DNA of 64,000 nucleotides, taken from assembly GCA_965207885.1 (NCBI GenBank), contig OZ242311.1, forward strand, positions 5,888,001-5,952,000, written 5' to 3'. Positions 1 through 7,220 of this stretch are shown one piece after another. The notes under the pieces are model-generated. The model made no database searches. It was not told the origin of the DNA and was given only the letters and a program-made list of their open reading frames with translations. Within the stretch, counting starts at the first letter, position 1. Each line of letters begins with the position of its first letter. A program made the position numbers and the translations under genes. This DNA comes from Candidatus Latescibacterota bacterium. Its GTDB lineage: Bacteria; Latescibacterota; UBA2968.

Positions 1-1893
1 TATCCGACGGATATGGTTCCGGCAGGTGATTTGCAGTTTTCGGATCGGGCAGATGTGAAGGAGCGGTTGTTGGATGAGTTGGAGGAGCGGACCGCGGATA
101 TTGAGCCGGTGTTTGCGCGGGCGGAGTGCGTGCAGCGGGAAGGGGATGTGTTGCGGGTGGTGATTCCCGAGGGTGAGGATTTGCTGGCGCACCGGGTGAT
201 TGTGGCGATTGGTCGATCGGGCAATTTTAGAAAGTTAAATGTGCCGGGCGAGGATCTGGATAAGGTGATGAACCGGTTGCACGATCCAAAGGATTATGCG
301 GATCAGGATGTGCTGGTGGTCGGTGGGGGTGATAGTGCGCTGGAGACGGCGATTGCGATTGCCGAGTCCGGTGGGCGGGTGACGCTGTCGTATCGGCGCG
401 CAGAATTGAGTCGCCCCAAGCCCGAGAATGTGGAGAAGATTGAGGTGCTTTCGGGCGGGGAACACTTGCGAATGGCGCTGGCGAGTGAGGTGAAGGCGAT
501 TGGTGAGCAGGAGGTGGTGCTTTCGACGGGTGAGGGTGATGAGGCGATGCCCAATGATGCGGTGTTTGCGATGATTGGGCGCGAGGCGCCGCTGGATTTT
601 TTTAGGCGGTCAGGTGTGCCGATTAGAGGGGAATGGCGCGTGGGCACTTGGGTGTCTTTTGCGCTGGTTATGCTGGCGTGTGTGTTTGTGTATCACTGGA
701 AGACGGGTGCGGGGATTCCGATTTACGAGTGGTTTAAGGGGGCAGAGCTGTTTCCGTTTAATTTGATGCCTGCAGAGGATAAGTCGGGTCTTTTCGGGAC
801 GGTGTGGACGTCGATGACGCAGCCGGGTTTTTATTATTCGCTGGCTTATTGTGCGTGTGTGGTGGGGTTTGGGATTCTCAGGATTAATCGACGGCAGACG
901 CCTTATGTGACGGTGCAGACGGTGACGCTGATGGTTATTCAGTGTGTGCCCCTGTTTTTGTTGCCGTACATTTTTTTGCCGTGGCTGGGTCACAATGGTT
1001 GGTTTTCCGATGGGGCTTTTTTAAAGCCTGTGGCGGATGCGTTGTTCCCGGCGACGGAGTGGGATGCACACGGACGGGAGTACTGGCGGAGTTTGGGCTT
1101 TATTCTGGCGTGGCCGCTGTTTTTCTGGAATGTGTTTACGAGCCAGCCGCTGGGGTGGTGGTTGGGTATTAGTCTGGTGCAGACTTTTGTGGTGATTCCT
1201 CTGATTATCTGGCGCTGGGGCAAGGGGGCTTATTGCGGGTGGATTTGTTCGTGCGGGGCACTGGCAGAGACGATGGGGGATATGCACCGGCAGAAGATGC
1301 CGCACGGTCCTGTTTGGAATCGGATGAATATGGTGGGGCAGGTGATTCTGGTTCTGGCTTTTGTGCTTCTGGCGTTGCGTATTGCGGGCTGGTTGTTGCC
1401 TTATGACCACTGGGTGAATGCGGGGTATATGGGACTGTTTATGGGGAAGGATGTGAATTGGGGCGGTCTGGTGTTTCCGCTGACGTTTTTGAATTATCAG
1501 TGGTTTGTGGATTTGTTTTTGGCGGGTATTATTGGGGTGGGTTTTTACTGGCATTTTAGCGGGCGGATGTGGTGCCGGTTTGCGTGTCCCCTCGCTGCGT
1601 TGATGCATGTTTATGCGCGGTTTTCGCGGTTTCGGATTTTTGCGGATAAGAAGAAGTGTATTTCGTGTAGTGTGTGTACGTCGGTGTGTCATCAGGGTAT
1701 TGATGTGATGAATTTTGCGAATAAGGGTTTGCCTATGGAGGATCCGGAGTGCGTGCGGTGTTCGGCCTGTGTGCAGAGTTGTCCGACGGGTGTGTTGTCG
1801 TTTGGGCAGATCGATCCTGTGACTGGACAGGTCGCCAGGGTCGATGGGTTGGCAGCGTCGCGGGTGGTGATGGCAGAGGAGGGTGAAGTGTGA
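1..1893 (+). CDS. FAD/NAD(P)-dependent oxidoreductase (TrxB/YpdA-like) fused to a polytopic membrane domain and 2x[4Fe-4S] domain (NapH/NosR-like); 5' partial
   Basis: VVGGGDSALE NAD(P)-binding motif; several hydrophobic helices; YCGWICSCG and WCRFACP motifs; two CxxCxxCxxxC motifs. Frame is open to the window edge. Confidence 0.85.
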   Translation, partial: YPTDMVPAGDLQFSDRADVKERLLDELEERTADIEPVFARAECVQREGDVLRVVIPEGEDLLAHRVIVAIGRSGNFRKLNVPGEDLDKVMNRLHDPKDYADQDVLVVGGGDSALETAIAIAESGGRVTLSYRRAELSRPKPENVEKIEVLSGGEHLRMALASEVKAIGEQEVVLSTGEGDEAMPNDAVFAMIGREAPLDFFRRSGVPIRGEWRVGTWVSFALVMLACVFVYHWKTGAGIPIYEWFKGAELFPFNLMPAEDKSGLFGTVWTSMTQPGFYYSLAYCACVVGFGILRINRRQTPYVTVQTVTLMVIQCVPLFLLPYIFLPWLGHNGWFSDGAFLKPVADALFPATEWDAHGREYWRSLGFILAWPLFFWNVFTSQPLGWWLGISLVQTFVVIPLIIWRWGKGAYCGWICSCGALAETMGDMHRQKMPHGPVWNRMNMVGQVILVLAFVLLALRIAGWLLPYDHWVNAGYMGLFMGKDVNWGGLVFPLTFLNYQWFVDLFLAGIIGVGFYWHFSGRMWCRFACPLAALMHVYARFSRFRIFADKKKCISCSVCTSVCHQGIDVMNFANKGLPMEDPECVRCSACVQSCPTGVLSFGQIDPVTGQVARVDGLAASRVVMAEEGEV

Positions 1894-1910
1894 AGTGCGT
1901 AGGGGCGAGT

Positions 1911-1938
1911 TCCCGTATAAAGGCACTACGGGACAGGC
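1911..1938 (+). repeat. Small palindromic element B (TCCCGTATAAAGGCACTACGGGACAGGC), nested in a GTAG-type REP-like sequence
   Basis: Near-identical copy at 52625-52652 and an inverted diverged copy at 43702-43728. Confidence 0.75.
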
Positions 1939-1955
1939 CCTGTGCCCGCCCGTTT

Positions 1956-2015
1956 GTCATCGCGGCATGGTCCCTGCTTAAACCATGCAGGGACATGCGT
2001 TAGCCGCGATCCAGA
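1956..2015 (+). repeat. REP-like palindrome A (GTCATCGCGG...GCCGCGATCCAG), copy 1, with internal hairpin insertion
   Basis: Six intergenic copies in the window; this one carries an extra ~27 bp GTCCCTGCTTAAACCATGCAGGGAC. Confidence 0.85.
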
Positions 2016-2089
2016 ATGTTTTGGTTAATATAGAGCCGGGGGTAATTTTCACAGGACTCTGCTGAGTCTAAAGTTAGAGGAGGGTAGTA

Positions 2090-2755
2090 ATGTTGAGAGT
2101 CATACGTTTGTTGTGTTTGGGGCTGGTGTCATCGCTTGTGATGGCGGATACGGGTTTTGCCGAGAAGTACCAGATTGATCGGTCGCATTCGTCGGTCGGG
2201 TTTTCGATTCGGCACTTTGTGAGCCGCACGGCGGGCAGGTTTAATCAGTTTAGTGGCACGATTGATTACGATCCTGCCGCGCCCGAAAAGACGATGATTG
2301 AAACGACGATCCAGGCGCGGAGTGTCGATACGGGGAATCAGCGTCGCGATGATCATTTGCGCGGACCAGATTTCTTTGAGGTGGAGACTTTTCCGACGAT
2401 TACGTTTAAGAGTACGTCGGCTGTGAAGGAAGGGGAAAAAATTCTGGTGACGGGAGATTTGACGATGCACGGCGTGATGAAGAGTATTACGATGCCGGTG
2501 ACGGTGCTCGGTATTGGTACGCATCCGCAGCGCGGCACACCTCTGGCTGGTTTTGAGACCGAGTTAACGCTGCTGTGTTCGGATTTTGGCGTGAATAGCT
2601 GGGCGAATTTTGCCAATGTGCTGGGGGATGAGGTGCGGGTGAATATTACGATTGAAGCGGGTCCGCCAAGACAGGCTCGAGGCCAGCAGGGCCGTCGCGG
2701 TGGCGGGCGCGGTGGTCAGGGTGGCCGTGGTGGTCGCGGCGGTGGCGGGAATTGA
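2090..2755 (+). CDS. YceI-family (polyisoprenoid-binding) exported protein with Gly/Arg-rich tail
   Basis: Signal peptide; YQIDRSHSSVGFSIRH, DTGNQRRDDHLRGPDFF and VTGDLTMHG motifs; AGGAGG RBS. Confidence 0.9.
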   Translation: MLRVIRLLCLGLVSSLVMADTGFAEKYQIDRSHSSVGFSIRHFVSRTAGRFNQFSGTIDYDPAAPEKTMIETTIQARSVDTGNQRRDDHLRGPDFFEVETFPTITFKSTSAVKEGEKILVTGDLTMHGVMKSITMPVTVLGIGTHPQRGTPLAGFETELTLLCSDFGVNSWANFANVLGDEVRVNITIEAGPPRQARGQQGRRGGGRGGQGGRGGRGGGGN

Positions 2756-2774
2756 GTTGCGTAGATCAGAGATT

Positions 2775-2810
2775 AAAAAAATCCCATCCTGCATTCAGGG
2801 TGGGATTTTT
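2775..2810. terminator. Bidirectional intrinsic terminator
   Basis: AAAAAATCCCATCCTG-CATT-CAGGGTGGGATTTTT between convergent genes. Confidence 0.8.
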
Positions 2811-2831
2811 GTTTATAGTTTTTCTATTGTT

Positions 2832-4055
2832 TCACATCTCAGTAACTACAACTCTTTTTTTCAATGTGTCGAGGTCGATTTTTTGGCTGGCGTAGGCTTC
2901 AATGTCGCGTTTGGCAATGCGAAAGAGGATGCGACTGGGAAGTTTAATCTCGGTTGTTTTGTCTTTGTGTCCAATTTTGAAGTGGCTCTGTCCAGTGAGG
3001 TTGGTGTGAACGATGATGGATTCCTCCGGTGATAAGCCGCGCAGAGTTGCACTGTAGTAGGCGAGAGTTGCCAGGACCTCGGCTTTGAATGCGTCGGTGT
3101 TCCTGGTTTCGAGATGTAACGGATCGACCTTTTGCGAGACGAGAAAGAGTGCGCCTATGCCCTTTTGATAGAGACCCGTGCTTTTGGTGCCACTCAGAAA
3201 GTGGAGATCCGTATCCTTTTTGAGTGTATTGGTCAAAATGTCGGCCATCATGTCGATTGAGTTGCTGCGTACACGCTCTGGTTCGTACTCGCGAAAGGTT
3301 ATTCGATCACGGAAGGCTTTTTCGTCAATTTTCCCCCGGTTGTATGCTTCGATATCGCGTTTGGTGACGGTGGCTTCGAGGAGGATACGGGTAATTTTGA
3401 ATGCCCTGTTTTTGAAGTGTTCAGATTTTTTAAAAGTCTCCATTACGTGTTTTTTGATACGTATTGAGTCGGATTGGATGGACCTGATGAATTCTATGGA
3501 TGGAGATCGAAAGCTGTGGAAGTCGCGTTCTGATGAGTTCAAGAGAATGGTTACGCGATCGTCATCTTTGAGTTGTCCAATGGCATTTGCATAGGTGCCT
3601 AAAAATTCAGTGAGTTGTTTTTTTAAGGATTCATTTTGATCTTTTGAGGCTTCTGGTTTCTTTGCGAACATGGAAAATTTGAAGATGACGTCTTCATTTT
3701 CACTGCTTTTATCGTCTCTACTCTTATATATTCGCCAGGTACCCCTGAAGGAGTTAGTGGGTGTAGCAATGTCACCGCTTTCGTCTTTACGGATTACCTG
3801 CACTTGAAGCCTATTTATTTCACCGTATTTTATTCCGCCGTGGGCAATGAGCAAGACGCCGTGGTTTTCGATATAAAGACCGGTTGTGGAAACATTTTTT
3901 TCGTCAAAAAATTGGTCGAGTATGCTTTCCTGAATAGAGAGGTCGCGTTTCATGCGTTTCCAGTCCATATCCGCAAAGGTCGAAGTGCAAAATGTAAAGA
4001 GAGCTATTCCCGCAAAGAGGACGGTTTGCGCGATTTTTGTCACAATATGTCTCAT
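2832..4055 (-). CDS. Exported hypothetical protein with internal two-fold duplication
   Basis: Signal peptide after GGAG RBS; repeated TGLY..G..L and KRDIEAY..KID segments. Confidence 0.75.
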   Translation of the reverse strand: MRHIVTKIAQTVLFAGIALFTFCTSTFADMDWKRMKRDLSIQESILDQFFDEKNVSTTGLYIENHGVLLIAHGGIKYGEINRLQVQVIRKDESGDIATPTNSFRGTWRIYKSRDDKSSENEDVIFKFSMFAKKPEASKDQNESLKKQLTEFLGTYANAIGQLKDDDRVTILLNSSERDFHSFRSPSIEFIRSIQSDSIRIKKHVMETFKKSEHFKNRAFKITRILLEATVTKRDIEAYNRGKIDEKAFRDRITFREYEPERVRSNSIDMMADILTNTLKKDTDLHFLSGTKSTGLYQKGIGALFLVSQKVDPLHLETRNTDAFKAEVLATLAYYSATLRGLSPEESIIVHTNLTGQSHFKIGHKDKTTEIKLPSRILFRIAKRDIEAYASQKIDLDTLKKRVVVTEM

Positions 4056-4089
4056 TTTGATTTCTCCTTCCGTCTGGGGGATACCTGCA

Positions 4090-5310
4090 TCAACCATCGG
4101 TATCATTTACGACCAGGAATTCAATCTCCCGCTGTTCTTTCCGAACTTGTAACCCGAGTTGTTCTTTCAGAGCCGCGAGTACGGAATTGGGATCGTCTTC
4201 GTCATAGGTGAGTTCCCAATCGTATTTTCCTTCTATCCCAGTACCATCCTCTACGATACGCTCTAAAACGGATTCCAATGAGTTTGCCAGCATGCCAATT
4301 TCACCGTTCATTGCCTTTATCTTGCCACGCCCACCGCTTGTCATAGATCTCGATGAACCCATTACTGTGGGCTTCAACTTTTCTGCGCTGTCTTCGCCTG
4401 CCGTGAGTACGAAGACTTCAACAGATTTTTTCTGGTTGGAAACGCGCAACTTTAGCGATGTCGTCAATGCTTGTTGGAGTAGCAAATCGAACTGGTCTCT
4501 CGGCAATTTGGCTGAGATTGTGTACCACGAGTCTAAAAGTGTCTTTGGACCCAGAATCCGCGTTTTAGGGATATCGTAAGCCGAGCTTAAAGCCTGGTGC
4601 AATGTAATGCCTTCTGCGTCCAATTTTCTGTATCCTTGTGAACTACCTGTACCGAATGACGGCCACTTTCTCTTTTCTGTAGGTGCAATCGATATTTTGA
4701 AGATGGGATCGGTGCCTTCGTTTTCGACAGTTTTCGGTTTTGGCAATTTGGGAAGCTCTATTTTTTCTCCAGCGATGACCTTTTCGATCATGTCAGATGA
4801 AAGTCCTACCGGGTGAAGCGATGCGGCGATTATGCCCTTTTGGTTAATCAAAAATGTCCGTGGAATTCCCCTGACACCATAAGCTTCAAAGGCTGATCGG
4901 TCCGTGTCCAGTCCAATCCACGATTTCATTTCTTGTCGTTTCAGAAATGGCGCGATTACGTCTTCACCTTCATCTGTTACCGAGATAAACTGTACCTGCT
5001 TGTCGCGAAATTCCTCGCTTAGCTGGTTCAGGTGTGGGATTTCTGCCACGCAGGGGGCGCACCAGGTTGCCCAAAATTCCAGGACGACAACGTTGCCCTT
5101 TAATGCCGATAAGCTCTTTTCACCTTTTGATGCTTGCAGGTATTTTTCAATGCCCAGTTCTGGGGCAGTCTGCCCAATCAGGCTCTGCTCTCCCATTACA
5201 TTCATAACCAACACTTCTTTGGCTTTCTCAACTGAGATCTCCTGCGCTATGACACTTGTAGCAAATATCTGAACAATTATTGCGATTTTTAGTAGATGAG
5301 AGTTATACAT
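4090..5310 (-). CDS. TlpA-like thioredoxin fused to a TIGR03435-like domain
   Basis: FWATWCAPC motif; C-terminal VEDGTGIEGKYDWEL...ALKEQLGL pattern. Confidence 0.8.
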   Translation of the reverse strand: MYNSHLLKIAIIVQIFATSVIAQEISVEKAKEVLVMNVMGEQSLIGQTAPELGIEKYLQASKGEKSLSALKGNVVVLEFWATWCAPCVAEIPHLNQLSEEFRDKQVQFISVTDEGEDVIAPFLKRQEMKSWIGLDTDRSAFEAYGVRGIPRTFLINQKGIIAASLHPVGLSSDMIEKVIAGEKIELPKLPKPKTVENEGTDPIFKISIAPTEKRKWPSFGTGSSQGYRKLDAEGITLHQALSSAYDIPKTRILGPKTLLDSWYTISAKLPRDQFDLLLQQALTTSLKLRVSNQKKSVEVFVLTAGEDSAEKLKPTVMGSSRSMTSGGRGKIKAMNGEIGMLANSLESVLERIVEDGTGIEGKYDWELTYDEDDPNSVLAALKEQLGLQVRKEQREIEFLVVNDTDG

Positions 5311-5324
5311 TGGGATATCTCCTT

Positions 5325-5699
5325 TTAGTGTTGTACAGGCGTGGGATGGGGCGAGATAAATATAGAATTTATGTTGTCGCCGGGTCTCAGGAGCAGGTCG
5401 CTTGTGGTGTAGATGGCTTTGTCAGCCGGGCGGAGAAGCAGGTCGCGGGTGTTGGATTTGTAGTGTGATTTATAGCGTTCTGAGATAAAAATTCTAACTC
5501 TTCTGCGTATGGAATCGGAGAGTGCCTTGCTTAGGGAATCGAAGGGTGCAGTATGGGGTACTGATATTGTATCAAGTTGTACGGTTTTTGCCCGTGTGTC
5601 CGATGATGGTGTTTTGTCAGATGCGTGAATATTCCAGACGAGGGATAGCAAGATCGGCGCTGTCATAAGTACTGTGAGTTTTCCGATTTCGCGCTTCAT
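5325..5699 (-). CDS. Small exported hypothetical protein
   Basis: N-terminal hydrophobic stretch; overlaps the upstream stop (ATGA); short internal DLLLRP repeat. Confidence 0.55.
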   Translation of the reverse strand: MKREIGKLTVLMTAPILLSLVWNIHASDKTPSSDTRAKTVQLDTISVPHTAPFDSLSKALSDSIRRRVRIFISERYKSHYKSNTRDLLLRPADKAIYTTSDLLLRPGDNINSIFISPHPTPVQH

Positions 5700-6457
5700 G
5701 GGGTCTTTCTTCTTGTGGGAATCGTGCGGTATGGTCGGTTATCTTCAGGTACGATGAGAACTTCAGCTGCGTTATCATAGAAGAATAGCTCTTTTTTCAC
5801 AGAGTCCATCTGTGTCAGGATATGTCCATAGCGGGTTTCCTGTGTGTTGTAGAGGATCTGTAGTCCGCGGTCAATGTGCAGGAGGTCCTGTTGGCGCTGG
5901 GTTTCGAGTTCGCCTACGAGGCGAATGAAGGTGTTGTTGACTTCATTGCGCTGCTGGTTTTGCGATGTTTGGACGAGGCGATTAGTGTAGTCGATTAGAT
6001 TTTGTTGATGGATGATAAATTCGCCGAGGGTGATGGGGGCGTCTAATGAGGGGGTTTCAGTGGTGTCGGTGATGGCGGTTTGTTCAGACGGGTCGCTGGA
6101 TCGCAGGCCAATAGAGGTGTGGAATGCGCCGTCTCGTATGGCAAATTCGATGTTGAGAAAGGTGAGGATGAGGATTGCGGCAATGGCTACGCCCGCAGTT
6201 GCCCAGGTTTTGGGATATCGCGTAGGGAGCAGGTTTTGCCAGAGGGTTTGGCGTTCTTGCACGAAGACGAGGTTCAGGTCGGGTTGTTCGTCGCCCCAGG
6301 CATTGAGGATGCGGGATGTGCTGCCCAGTTCTTCAAGGGTTTGGCTGCATGATGGGCAGGTTTCGATGTGATCTTTGAGGCGTTCACGCGCTTCTGGACG
6401 GATGTCTTCGTCGTAGAGGTAGGCGATGAGTTGTTCGCGGGTGATGTCACAGTTCAT
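5696..6457 (-). CDS. Zinc-binding (ZAS/zf-HC2) transmembrane anti-sigma factor
   Basis: HIETCPSC (HxxxCxxC), one TM helix, immediately downstream of an ECF sigma gene. Confidence 0.85.
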   Translation of the reverse strand: MNCDITREQLIAYLYDEDIRPEARERLKDHIETCPSCSQTLEELGSTSRILNAWGDEQPDLNLVFVQERQTLWQNLLPTRYPKTWATAGVAIAAILILTFLNIEFAIRDGAFHTSIGLRSSDPSEQTAITDTTETPSLDAPITLGEFIIHQQNLIDYTNRLVQTSQNQQRNEVNNTFIRLVGELETQRQQDLLHIDRGLQILYNTQETRYGHILTQMDSVKKELFFYDNAAEVLIVPEDNRPYRTIPTRRKTP

Positions 6458-7007
6458 AACGCACCATGTCCTCGCTGATGTGCCAGCGGTCAAATATTTT
6501 TTTCAGGGCAGAGAGGCCGTAATACATTCTGGATTTGACGGTGTTGATGGGCACTTTGAGTGTTTCGGCAATTTCGGTGAATTTTAGTCCCTGATATTCT
6601 TTCATGATGATGACGACGCGCTGTTCCTCAGGCAGATTTTGCAGTGCGCGGTTGAGCAGGTCCCGAACGCTTTGTTCGTGGACCATCGCGTCTGGGGGAT
6701 TTGTTGTGTCTGCTATAGGGGTGTCGAGTGTGTCGAGGGAGATGAGGCTGCGACGGCGGCCTGCGTCTCGGCAGGCGTTGAGCGCGATTTGATAGATCCA
6801 CGAGGTGAATTTGTCGGGGTCGCGCAGACGCCGCATGTTTTTGTACGCGCGGATAAAAGTTTGCTGACATAGGTCGCGCGCGTCGTCTCGATTGCCCACA
6901 TAGCGCAGGACAAAGTTGTAGATCGGACACTCCCAGCGTTTGACCAGGGTGTTAAAGGCCGCGATTTGCCCGGCTCGGAACTGGGCAATCAATTCCGCGT
7001 CGTTCAT
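6447..7007 (-). CDS. ECF sigma-70 factor (SigW/RpoE-like)
   Basis: DARDLCQQTFIRAY, FTSWIYQIALN and EIAETLKVPINTVKSR region 2 and region 4 motifs. Confidence 0.92.
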   Translation of the reverse strand: MNDAELIAQFRAGQIAAFNTLVKRWECPIYNFVLRYVGNRDDARDLCQQTFIRAYKNMRRLRDPDKFTSWIYQIALNACRDAGRRRSLISLDTLDTPIADTTNPPDAMVHEQSVRDLLNRALQNLPEEQRVVIIMKEYQGLKFTEIAETLKVPINTVKSRMYYGLSALKKIFDRWHISEDMVRYEL

Positions 7008-7055
7008 TAAATGAGAGACCGTGTTTGGGGTTCTGTGTGTTGGTTCACCTTTCAA

Positions 7056-7082
7056 GACGTTTGGTTGGGGCGAAAAGTTTTA
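7056..7082 (-). promoter_or_regulatory. Probable autoregulatory ECF promoter (TAAAAC-N17-CGTC)
   Basis: AAC/CGTC bipartite motif ~50 nt upstream of the sigma gene start. Confidence 0.6.
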
Positions 7083-7167
7083 ATGATGGTTGAATTTTTT
7101 CATATTTTGAAGAAAAGTGGCTTCATGGTTAAATTTTTTACTTTAACTCACTCCTGACAACAGAGCC

Positions 7168-7200
7168 GTCATCGCGGCAATGTTTAAGCCGCGATCCAGA
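7168..7200 (+). repeat. REP-like palindrome A, copy 2
   Basis: GTCATCGCGGCAATGTTTAAGCCGCGATCCAGA. Confidence 0.85.
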
Positions 7201-7220
7201 AGGTTTCACAGAGGTATTAT

